NCBI GenBank assembly: GCA_032718475.1
Contig: JAUCBJ010003222.1
Coordinates: 1 to 58,824 of the forward strand
Reading direction: 5' to 3'
Length of the DNA: 58,824 nucleotides
DNA from: Nemertoderma westbladi
Taxonomy: Eukaryota > Animalia > Xenacoelomorpha
Shown: positions 11,304-22,009 of the stretch, piece after piece
How positions within the stretch are numbered: position 1 is the first letter of the stretch
How the letters are laid out: every line of letters begins with the position of its first letter
The notes under the pieces: model-generated
Databases searched by the model: none
What the model was told of the DNA's origin: nothing
Seen by the model: only the letters and a program-made list of their open reading frames with translations
Translations under genes and position numbers: made by a program

Positions 11304-14300
11304 ATGAGTCGAGAGAGAGGAACGACACCGCCGCGGACCCCGGACGACGATCTAACGATCCGCGAGGCCACGGCGAGACGATACGAACCCACGACGCCGA
11401 TCGATGCTACGCCGACCACGTCGACGCAGGTTGACGCCACGTCGACAACGAGCAACCCGGCGAACCAAGATGTGGGGGGTCGTCTACAACCGGAGAGCGA
11501 GTCGAGGGAAGGAGACGAGAAGGGAGGAGAAGAGAAAGACGAGTCGACGCGGAGCGAGGGTCGACATACCGATGTCACCGGTCAGCCACAGGCCGAGGAC
11601 GACGAACGGTCCACCGGAACGGCGACGGTGGGGCCGTCGGTACGACGTCGGACCCGGAGAGATGGAGGAGAGGTCGGCGACGAGGACGTCGGGGTTTCTG
11701 ATCGACTTCGACGGGCCTACCTCGCGACCCGGGAGCAACTGAGAGAGGCCAAAGGAGGGGCGAAGATAGACGAGGTGAGACTGAGGAGACGACTAGGTGA
11801 GTCGAACAGATACTTTGATCACCTAGTGCGTTCTGGGCAGGGAGAACTGGCCAGGGAGAGAGCGAGAGGGGTTGCCTTCGAACTGTTTTGGCTATGGCAA
11901 CGTAGGGGTATGGGGCCTGGTGTAGTGTACATAGGGCCATACTTAGTCGATGCCAGGGAATTTAAGTTAGTGGGTTGGAAGAGACCTGGGGAGGGCGAAT
12001 CCGAGGTTAACTCCGAGGATTCGGTCTCGTCGGTCGGAGGAAGTTCCGGGAAGCGGGGGAAAGTTAGTGGGACGGAGGGGCGATGGGAGTCCGTCGCAAC
12101 CGATAAGTCTGCTACATCCTCCGCAAAAGAAAAATGGGTGCGAGAGAGTGAACGCGTGGCGTATAAATTAGAAAAGGCGGCGGCAGAGCGGAAACAGTTA
12201 GAGGGGCAATTGAGAGAGCAAACCGCATTATTAGAGTTGGTAAGGGAGGATAGAGAGAGGGCCGAGGAGCGTAGAAAGCGGGAGCATATCGCGATAATAA
12301 CCGGGAGAATAGAGAGCGAGCCGGCGAGGCAGCCTGGGATGCTTGCGAGAGAGTCCCGAGTGTGCGGAGAGAGAGAGTTAAAGCAAAAGCGTGAGCGATA
12401 TCTTTTGCTTGACCGACTGGCGCTGCTTGCGCAATATCGGGCCAAACTTAAACGGCGCCGACTAGAACTGGCGCGGTTGGAGATATCAGAGAGTGAGCCC
12501 CCACTTACAGGCACCGGGCGAGAGAGCCAGAACTGGTGTAGCCGTACGGGCGGGGGGGGTAGTAGTAGTACGTTAGAGATAGTTAATATTAATAGTACCG
12601 TAGTAGATAACCCTAATCCCTTTATTACAGGAAATAATAATATTTTACCAGGTAGTAGTAATTTAAATACAAATACTCTAAATAATAATTTCAATTCAAA
12701 CCCGCAAAATAATTCGAATAATAATTTAAGTTTAGAGAATAGTAGTGATCTAAGTAATTTAAATAATTTAAATAATTCCGTTTCGAATTCTAATAATTTA
12801 ATTGATTTAACAAATAATAATGGGAATGGTGCTATTAATATGAGCGTGTCGGACGTACATAACCCGGCAGACGGTGGCCTGGTAGGCCACGTAGTTAGTA
12901 GGCAGGAGGTAGCGGGGTTGAGCCAACCCGAAGTAGGCCTGATGGGCCACGCAGTAGTAGAGAGAGAGGCGGGGGTGAATAGACCCAGCCGTGGTAAAGA
13001 CAGTGCGTCGACTAGAGAGGGGTGTAGAGACGAAGTGAGAGATAGTGAAGTTAGATGTGGCGAGTGGGGGGGGGCTACGGGCGCCCCACCACATAAGATT
13101 AGTGGCGAGAGAGGGGGGGCAGAGAATGCCCCACAAGAGGGGTGTAGAAGTGTAGTAAGAGGTAGTGAAGTTAGAAGTGGCGGGTGGGGGGGGGGGCTAC
13201 GGGCACCCCACCGCGAGAGATTAGTAGAGAGAGAGGGGGGGCAGAGAGTGTCCCACAGCCGTCAGTGGATAATGCGCGGGCCGAGCTAGGTAAACCGCAA
13301 CACCCGGCGACGGAGAGTAATAGGGGGATTGCGAGTATCCCCAGCGGCGTGCGATTGAGCAGAGAGAGGCAGGTTGACGTCGTGAGAGGGCAGGCGAAGC
13401 GTCGAGCCCGACCAGAAGAGAGAAGAAGAACAGTGGAGTTTAACCGGGAGGTCGACGAGAGATCTCACGAGCCGGAATACTACACAGAAAAGAGAAGAAG
13501 AGAAGATAGTAGAAGAAGTGTCGCCACGAACGATAGCAGTGCGAGGACGGATAACGGACCGTCGATAGTAGAGATGGAGTCAGGGAGCCAGTGGGGTCGA
13601 ACTTCGGGAGATTGCCGTCGCCCCGGAGAAACGCACCGCACGCCAGGAGGGGGGTACAGGACGTACCAGTACGAAGAAGAGAACAGGAGAGGGGATCGAG
13701 GGGAAACTTCCCGATGGGATATAGCTGCCGATCGAGAGTACGGTAGTCGCGGGGAGATTCGAGATTCGCGAAGAATAAACTTCGGTTCGGAAGGGCACAT
13801 GCAGACTGCAGGACATACTGTAGGCCTTACTGCACATACTATTATAGGCCATGCTGGGAGAGATAGAGTAGGCGATGGGGTAGCGCAAACGACGGGATTA
13901 AACCCGGAAGTCGCGGAGTACATACCGGTAGGTAGGCGAGAGGTAGGTAGGCCTATATCGGTACAGCAGCATGACTATAATACACAGGGACATAACATAT
14001 ATCCAGGGGAGGGGGGAGTTATTGGAGATAGACGTATGGGCCCCAATGTATTAACATCAACCCCAGCACCAAACATACCGGCTGGGGGGGGACAGGTTGA
14101 CATTCCCCCATCACAATATCGACAATATACCCCGATAGGAGCAAGAATATCGAACTCCCTGGACGAGAGCAGGTCGTGCGGACAGTCACCACCACACGCG
14201 GCCATACAGGGGACTACCAGTCCACAGTTAGCTGGTAGCAGGACCACACCGTGGCAGGGACAGAAAGAAAATAACACCAAAAATAAACACAATCCCAATA

Positions 14301-14950
14301 TACCCAGTAGGCCGAGTCTAGACAACCAAAACATTAAATCGGTACATATAAACCTAAGCGCGATACGTGAAGGACTATACAGGAAACGCTATAATCCAGG
14401 ATTCCAATGTCAATTACATCGGGACGGAACCCATAAGACCAGGAGTTGCAAGTACTGGCAAGCGTTGCCCAAACGAGATCGTGTAGCCTACACAAACGCA
14501 AACGGACTATGTCATCGATGTGTGGTAAAAGGACACAGATCCGGAGAGTGTTGGAAAGGGAGAGGATGTGAAAGGACTAAACCAGGGGCAGAGAAGCCCA
14601 TGAGTAAACATAAAGGAGTCGGGAAAGTAGAAGGAGGCGTGTTGCATACACACGCAGGGCTGACACAGTGCGGGGGGGCATTACATGGGCAGACACCGCG
14701 TATACCGAGGGACAAGCGGGGGTCGTCGAGGGCTCTAATGCCAGCGCACATACGAAGGAGGAGGCCAGCAAAGGTGGCACCGAAGAGAGTGTGGCGAAGA
14801 GTTAGAGGACGTGTAGGAGGGCAGCAAGAGAGTGCCTACTGGAAGAAGGGGCACCTGAGAGTTTTTAGTCGTCCAAAGTTTTGGACTGAGGGGGGTGGGA
14901 ATGAGGGCGAGACGCCCTTCCCACGCACAAAATATAAAATGATTATTTAA
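11304..14950 (+). CDS. Gag-like protein (~1215 aa if the G11 frameshift at ~13186-13196 is corrected)
   Basis: ORFs 11304..13289 and 13184..14950 overlap at a G run. Coiled-coil and Asn-rich segments; C-terminal CQLH-X4-H-X4-C ... LCHRC-X4-H-X4-C resembles BEL/Pao Gag knuckles. Confidence 0.7.
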
Positions 14951-15049
14951 TTAAAATAAGAAAATAATTAAATAATAGAGTAGGTAGAAGTTAGAGTAAG
15001 AGTTAGTAGGAGGATACGTGTAGTACCGTTAGTAGAAGAGTTAGTTAGA

Positions 15050-15793
15050 GGGTACGTAAGTACCGCTAGTTAGTTAGAGTTAGAGGGTACGTAAGTACCG
15101 CTAGTTAGTTAGAGAGTTGGAGGGTACGTAAGTACCGCTAGTTAGTTAGAGTTAGAGGGTACGTAAGTACCGCTAGTTAGTTAGAGTTAGAGGGTACGTA
15201 AGTACCGATTAGAGAGTAAGAGTTAGAGGGTACGTAAGTACCGATTAGAGAGTAAGAGTTAGAGGGTACGCAGTACCGTTAGAGAGTAGGAGCTAAGGGG
15301 TACGTAGTACCATTAGTTAGTAAGAGTCAGCTAGTTAGTTAGTTAAGGGTACGTAGTACCGCTAGTTAGCTAGAGTAGTTAGAGGGTACGTAGTACCATT
15401 AGTCAGTAGGAGTTAGTTAGTTGAGGGTACGTAGTACCGCTAGCTAGCTAGAGAGTAAGAGTTAGTTAGTTAGTTAGTTAGTTGAGGGTACGTAGTACCG
15501 ATAGTTAGAGAGTTAGTAGGTACGTAGTACCTAGTTAGAGTTAGAGTTAGAGGGTACGTAGTACCGATAGTTAGAGAGTCAGTAGGTACGTAGTACCTAG
15601 TTAGAGTTAGAGTTAGAGGGTACGTAGTACCGATAGTTAGTTAGAGTTAGAGGGTACGTAAGTACCGGTTAGAGAGTAAGAGTAAGAGGGTACGTAGTAC
15701 CGCTAGCTAGTAGAGAGAGCTAGAGTAGTAAGAGGGTACGTTGTACCGCTAGCTAGTAGAGAGAGCTAGAGTAGTAAGAGGGTACGTAGTACC
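15050..15793 (+). repeat. Array of ~20 GGTAC-loop-GTACC hairpins with purine/TAG-rich spacers
   Basis: Counted directly; loops GTAA, GTA, GCA, GTT; spacers built from AGTT/AGAG/AGCT words. Confidence 0.9.
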
Positions 15794-15939
15794 GCTAGTT
15801 AGGAGTGTTAGTAGTAGCAGTAGAAGGGTTGTGGGCACCGGGAGCGCCACGTAGTTAGAGTCAGTAGGGAATGCGCTGAACTTAGTGGGGCACGGGCGTG
15901 ATGACGTGTTTGATGTAAGAGCAGGGTATGTTAATTAGG

Positions 15940-16730
15940 GTGGGTGCCGGGCACAAGAGGTGCCGGGCACAAAAAGAGTTAGTAGTAGAGTTAGTTGAGT
16001 TAGTAGTAGAGTTAGTTGAGTTAGTAGTAGAGTTAGTAGAGTTAGAAGGTGCCGGGCACAAGAGGTGCCGGGCACAAAAAGAGTTAGTAGAGTTAGAAGG
16101 TGCCGGGCACAAGAGGTGCCGGGCACAAAAAGAGTTAGTAGAGTTAGTAGAGTTAGTAGAGTCAGTAGTAGTTCACATAATTAACGTACCCACTCTGCCG
16201 GCACTCAGAGCGTCACGTGTAGGCGATGAGACGTAAAGGGGATGTAGAGAAGTAGAGACGGGCACATAGGGTGCCAGAGAGTAGAAGAGTAGAGACGGGC
16301 ACATAGGGTGCCAGGTAGTAGAGTTAGAGAGGTAGTAGTGTAGTAGAGAGGGTACATAGGGTGCCAGGTAGTAGAGTAGAGCAGAGAGGGCACATAGGGT
16401 GCCATATAGTAGAGTGGTTGTGGGCACCGCAAGCGCCACGTAGTTAGAAGAGTGGAGTAGAGTTAGTAGAGCTAGTTAGTAGAGTTAGCAGAGCTAGTGG
16501 AGTAGAGTTAGCAGAGCTAGTGGAGTAGAGTTAGTAGAGCTAGTTAGCAGAGTTGGTAGACTCAGAGGAGTCAAGTAGAGTTAGTAGAAGTAGAGAGCTA
16601 GTAGGAGTTAGTTAGACTTAGTAGAGAGTTAGAGTTAGTAGAAAGTTAGAGGCTCTCAGTTAGAGCTAGAAGTAGTAAGAGTTAGTAGTTAGCAGAGTTA
16701 GTTAGATAGTTAGAGTTAGTAAGCAGTAGG
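15940..16730 (+). repeat. Second hairpin/low-complexity array (GTGCCGGGCAC; GGCACATAGGGTGCC; AGAGTTAGT spacers)
   Basis: GTGCCGGGCAC x6 in three pairs (15944-16126); GGYACATAGGGTGCC x4 (16262-16403). Confidence 0.85.
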
Positions 16731-17130
16731 TAGATAGTATGATAGCACAGGGGTAGCATTAGAGATTAAAGCCTTAGGGAGTGACAAGAGAGTGGAGAGG
16801 TAACTAGTGCGGAGTGCGAAGAGAGCGTGGGCGCAATTCAAGTGTGGGGGAGGAGAAGTGAGAGAAAGAGTGTGGGACGAGGAGGTCCGGGGGTATGCGA
16901 GAGTTGGAGTAGAATGGTGAGAGTGTTGGGGAAACAAAAATTGTGTGAGAGAAGCACACGATCGGCCCGACACGAGACGCCAGAGGGTAGTGACATCATA
17001 CCCATAGGGAGCGGCCTGGAAAGCCGACTCCGAAAAAATAGACCCACCCCACACCCGATAATAGATCGGGATCCAGCGGAATTGTAGCGCACTTGAGTTG
17101 GATGCTATCTTCTTACCGGGAAGATAGCAT

Positions 17131-17139
17131 GGGGGGGAG
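17131..17139 (+). promoter_or_regulatory. Polypurine tract
   Basis: GGGGGGGAG directly before the 3' LTR TG, preceded by the 11-bp hairpin ATGCTATCTTC/GAAGATAGCAT. Confidence 0.85.
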
Positions 17140-17661
17140 TGTTAGCTTATCCAATTCCGCTAACACAAACCCATAGAGTGAGCCATAAAGCAATATTGGG
17201 AGCACGAGGTTGATTACCAATCAACCTCGTGTCAGCCCAGTAAACGGGGACAATAGGCCCCAAAGGAGACACACACAATAGGGGTTAGGGGCCAAACCCC
17301 TAACCGAGAGAGAACACAGGGAGTGAAGGGAAACACTCCAAAGGGTGCCAACAGGGGTATCAACCAATCAGAGGGGGGAAAGGCATCGATTGAGTAGCAA
17401 TAAGGCCACCGTGCAATATAACCAGTAACCTGTAATCATTCATTCAGTTTACTCAGTCAGATCAGTAGGGTGGAACGGGGACTTCTGTCACCGTCCGCTA
17501 CCGCCATCATACTTATATTACCTGTTGTGTTATACTATATATCAGACTATTATACCTTATACATATTACCCAACATCAGAACTCTTTTACCTTTCACACA
17601 CGGCGGGGACGCGTGGATAGAAAACCCAACGGATAAACCGGGATCCGTAGATCCCGTCACA
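17140..17661 (+). repeat. 3' LTR (522 bp)
   Basis: Identical by eye to 10625..11146. Confidence 0.95.
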
Positions 17662-19129
17662 GTTTAAGACTAATTTCTTTAATTGGTGCTACAGTAATAA
17701 GTGCCTTTAAAAATATATCTTTAAAAACAGTGTACGCAAGGTTAATGTCAGCGGCCTTAAAACAGGGTTCCCAGTCAGAATTAACTAACAAACTTAAAAA
17801 GCGTTCCTTGCTGTAATTTTTCATAGATCTAACTGTTACTGTTTTATGATCCCCGAAAAAAGATTTTTGTGTCTTTCTTGTGCAAAAAACTATAAAATGA
17901 TCGCTTAGACCTATAGGTAAAACCCCAGATTGAGAAATAATATCGGTATTATTACAAAGGATGTGATCTAGTAAAGTAGAAGTTTTACTGGTAATTCTGG
18001 TAGAATCTCGAATAATTTGTTTTAAACCAAACAAATTTAAAATACTTTGGTACTGTTTACAGATGGGGGATGCTTTGTGATGGTAACAGATATTAAAATC
18101 ACCTAAGAAATATATTTCACAGTCTGACCTAAGATTACATAAAATTGTATTTTCAAAATTTTGCAAAAAATCTGATTGTTTAGGGGGCCGATATAAAGTA
18201 CCGATTAAAATAGGTTTAGTTTTAGGAAGTAAAAGTTCCACCAGTAAAACTTCGTCACAAGTCTCTAAATCTTCCCTACGATTAAAACCTAAATCACATC
18301 GAATGTAAGTACAGACACCACCACCGTGTCTGTCCCTATCCTTACGTAAAACTACGTAATTATCAATATAAATTTCTCCATCAGAAACACTATCATCGAG
18401 CCAAGTTTCAGAGATTGTTAAAACTGCTGGGTTGGATTTATTGATTAAAATACGAATTTCGGAAAGTTTTGGAAGCAGAGATCGTGCGTTTAAGTGCAAA
18501 AAATGCAGACCTTTTTTCTTAAAAAAATTAAAAGTTTCACTCTCAGCATCACTTGGAGTTTGCAGAGGCGATGTGAGAAATGAATCGTCGGTTTCTGATT
18601 CTAAAATTGTATCATGAAAGGGAAGTTCGGTAAAAATACAGCTATTGCAGAGAAAACTTGGTTCAAGATTGTTTCTGGTGGAGAATAAATTACTGCGTTT
18701 CCTACGGTAACATTTTAAATGTACAAATGTGTCACAACTCTCGCATTGGACGATCTTACTCCGAGAGTTTGTTCCTCGTTGACATACGGGACAGTTGATC
18801 TTCGGGGCCCGCGTCCTGCTGGGTCCTGGGTTGGTCTCAATATCCCCAGCCAGAGACAGTAGACAGAGTTTAGCGATTAGGCCTCTAGATCGTGGAGAGG
18901 AGACCCAAGATCTTCTTCCCCGACGAGAGCAGTAGAGGCTAAATCCACTCCTCGACCACATCTCCGTCGATTCGGCGCGGCAGTTCGAAACGGTAGCGAC
19001 AGGGTGTTCCGCAAACCAGTCCAATACGGGTATTGGGTGGGTTGCAGGGTTACCCCGCGGATCGGATGGTTCTGCCACAACGAAACGACCCAGAACGATG
19101 AAAACTGTGGAGATTAAGAGCGGGGACAT
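17662..19129 (-). CDS. LINE ORF 5' part: hydrophobic leader, 2A-like peptide, PHD finger, APE endonuclease
   Basis: LLSLAGDIETNPGP; CPVC..QCESC..H..C..CNSC; HLNARSL, ISETWL, GGGV, YRPP, GDFN, LLDH, LSDH. Confidence 0.92.
18821..18880 (-). other. 2A-like StopGo (ribosomal skipping) sequence
   Basis: GDIETNPGP matches the D(V/I)ExNPGP consensus at aa 95-103 of ORF 17657..19129. Confidence 0.85.
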
Positions 19130-19228
19130 TGTGCTGTCTGGCTGTAGTCTGACTCAGGGATAAAAACTGTATAGGCCTAGTACCGGTATCTTTCTTGGTC
19201 TTATTGTCGGCAGGCCTACAGCTTATTC

Positions 19229-19294
19229 GGAGAGTTTATCTTAATTGAACTAATTTAGAGTGGAATTACGGAGATTAAACATGTTTATATAAAG
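19229..19294 (+). repeat. 66-bp target-site duplication, right copy
   Basis: Identical to 8196..8261. Confidence 0.93.
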
Positions 19295-19740
19295 TGCTTA
19301 ACTGTTTACAGTGCTACAATAGAGTGATATAATAATAGGGGGGGTCAGTTTTTCTGGATAATTGGACGTTAAAATTTAATAAAACCTTTAGTTTTTCTGG
19401 ATAATTAGACGTTAAAATTTAATAAAACCTTTGATTGTTCTGAAGTTGTATGGAGAACCACAAAGTCAGGAACATGTGTGAAAGTCAATATCTAATGGCT
19501 GTGACAAATTAACTATAAACTAGAATTGAAGGGGCTTTGTAAATCATGAAGGTTTGCCTGAATTTGATTAATTTTAATACGGTTTATATATTATTCATAT
19601 AGATAGATATATATTATATATTCCGTGTATACAATTTATATATCAATATATCAAGTAATATGCACGCACATAACATGGCAAAATATACTGTACCAAATTA
19701 CACAACCAGGCCTCCCTAACAAGCGATTTATAAATCGATG

Positions 19741-19985
19741 TCCCTACGGCCCATGTCCATCCTTATTGTCCATCCACATCCTAAAAATCAAAGTCCCTAC
19801 GGCCCATGTCCATCCTTATTGTCCATCCACATCCTAAAAATCAAAGTCCCGATGGCCCATGTCCATCCTTATTGTCCATCCACCTCCTAAAAATCAGTCC
19901 AAATGGCACATGTCCAATGTCCATCCGACTCCTTAAAATCAAAGTCCCGATGGCCCATGTCCATCCTTATTGTCCATCCGCCTCC
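19741..19985. repeat. ~53-bp minisatellite, about 4.5 copies
   Basis: TCCC..GGCCCATGTCCATCCTTATTGTCCATCC... at 19741, 19794, 19847, ~19898 and ~19945. Confidence 0.85.
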
Positions 19986-20460
19986 TTAACTCGTTTTCTG
20001 CCTCCTGAACTCCAATAACATATGACTGCGGTTGATTAGTTGTCAATGGTGTAGATTCAGCCCATGGTAGTAAATAATCTTTTGAATCTTTAACATAAGC
20101 AAAATTATTATTGGAGCCGAAAAAATACACCCATTTCATATTTTTTTTCTGTGTTCCGGTGTTGGGGTCAGAGCAGATTCTTGATGGCCAAAATATTTGG
20201 CGCTTCTTAAGGCGGGCCCAAATTATTGGGCCAGTGTCGTGGATATCATCAATAATTGATGAATATCCATTCCCGTCATCACCGACGGGCTCCACTTCAC
20301 TTCAGCCTCACTACTACTACTCTCAATACTGTCTGCTATCGGTATTTCTCGGGATTTTCGTGAGGCTGCATTACGGATCAGGTCCATACTACCGGTCCCG
20401 GTACGATCCTTCTCCTTTCGATCATTCTCTGCAGCCTTTGGGAGGTAATGAATGATGATC
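19939..20460 (-). pseudogene. PWWP-domain exon (frameshifted)
   Basis: IIWARLKKRQIFWPSRI...WVYFFGSNNNFAYV...LLPW...IGVQEAENEL fits the PWWP pattern; AG acceptor at ~20461. Confidence 0.7.
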
Positions 20461-20719
20461 CTATATAATGATTCATTAAGATATATATATAATATAATAA
20501 CTTTATTTAATGATGTTAAAAAGAATCTGATTTCGTACATACAGACATAGTGCCCATAAACAAATTTTTCAGTACCGGTTCAAACAAATAATTTCTAAAA
20601 AAATTATACCATACTGGTGGTAGCCTACTTAATGAGATCGCTTGAAATTTTATTAGCTGTTATGTACAGATCAGATCAGCTGATGTAGTACTGGGGTCAA
20701 GGGGAACAATGCAGCAAGG

Positions 20720-21045
20720 CCTGGTTAAAACGTACCCGATACTGCTGTACTGGGTAAGTTTCAACAATGGTACATCGTGTAATATAAAAAAGTTAAATAA
20801 GTTGCAAAAATAAACTGTAACCTGTGCTATTGACTCTCGTTTATTGTTTTGGTTAGATTAATTCGTCACTGTAACCTGCTCCTATCCCTTTAAATCTCCG
20901 GAACTAACGATATTGATTGGTTGTAGGAAGTTTTGTTAGGATGACTGTAATATCTTGTGGATCCCTAAGTTAAAACGTACCCGAAATATGGGTACGTTAT
21001 TGATTGGGCACGTTTTAACCGAGGTACGTCTTGACCTGTAAACGG
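20720..21045. mobile_element. Orphan DNA-transposon terminus (MULE-like subterminal repeats)
   Basis: Repeated and inverted GTTAAAACGTACCC / GGTACGT..TTRAC motifs ending GGTACGTCTTGACCTGTAAAC; no partner end found. Confidence 0.35.
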
Positions 21046-21290
21046 CCTTGGCTTGGCCTACATGATCTTACCGGTACCATAAAATGTACCATATATATTG
21101 ATAAAATTATAGGCTCAGCCAAGCTGCCTAGGTCTATCAGATCCTACTGTCCAACCCATGCAATCCCCCTGTTCCCTAAAATAGAAAACACAAACACTAT
21201 ATCAGTTCAGAATCAGTATATAGGATCATTATTTTATTTAAGCCTACCTACCGCTGCTGCCACCAGTTTAATGCGTCATCCAGGGTTGTT

Positions 21291-21494
21291 TGATTTAAAT
21301 CATTTGATTTAAATCATTTGATTTAAATCATTTGATTTAAATCATTTGATTTAAATCATTTGATTTAAATCATTTGATTTAAATCATTTGATTTAAATCA
21401 TTTGATTTAAATCATTTGATTTAAATCATTTGATTTAAATCATTTGATTTAAATCATTTGATTTAAATCATTGATTTAAATCATGATTTAAATC
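21291..21494. repeat. 14-bp tandem repeat with palindromic core (TGATTTAAATCATT), ~15 copies
   Basis: Direct reading; it starts just inside the left hAT TIR. Confidence 0.92.
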
Positions 21495-22009
21495 ACATAC
21501 AAAAAATCAAAAAAATCAGATTTTTTGATTATTTTGATTTTTTTTAAATCATGAATTTTATCAACTATGCTTTAAGGCCAAAGGAAACATTGTATTATTG
21601 ATTATTAATAAATGAGTCAAATTATCTACATATTTACATGAAAATACAGTACCATGTCCCATTTCAAATACCTACCATACATACAGTATACACAGTCCCA
21701 GATAATTTCCATTGCTGTATATTAGCTTAGTTTACTGGTATATACTGGTAGTACTGAAGTAGGCCCACATAGTATGTACCAGTCAGTATATCACACTTGC
21801 CGGTTCATTGTTTGCCTGGCAGACAGAAATCTTGTAGGCCTACTGGTCTAGTGAGACTGATAAAGCAGTAATTAGAGGCATATGCCAGTACTGCAGTATG
21901 ATATGCTGTAAGCTATTTGACAGTTTTTATTATTTTTAACAGTATTGCTATTTTACATGCTAAGTTTATAGGCCTATTTAGAGGCAATTTAATAAAACTG
22001 TTACGATTG

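Larger units (their letters stand above)
10625..17661 (+). mobile_element. Non-autonomous Gag-only LTR retrotransposon, BEL/Pao-like
   Basis: Two 522-bp TG...CA LTRs, 5-bp TSD GTTTA (10620-24, 17662-66), PPT, BEL-like Cys/His knuckles; no PR/RT/IN motifs seen. Confidence 0.88.
8262..19228 (-). mobile_element. CR1-group (L2/Crack/Daphne-like) LINE, interrupted by an LTR element
   Basis: Single ORF with 2A-like, PHD, APE and RT parts; 3' end AATAAA+(TCTA)n at ~8262-8285 on the minus strand; flanked by 66-bp direct repeats. Confidence 0.93.

Noticed and set aside
15050-15793. CRISPR-like repeat/spacer appearance
   Set aside because: Repeats are only 13-14 bp, spacers are low-complexity and mutually related, there are no cas genes, and the context is a eukaryotic LTR element.
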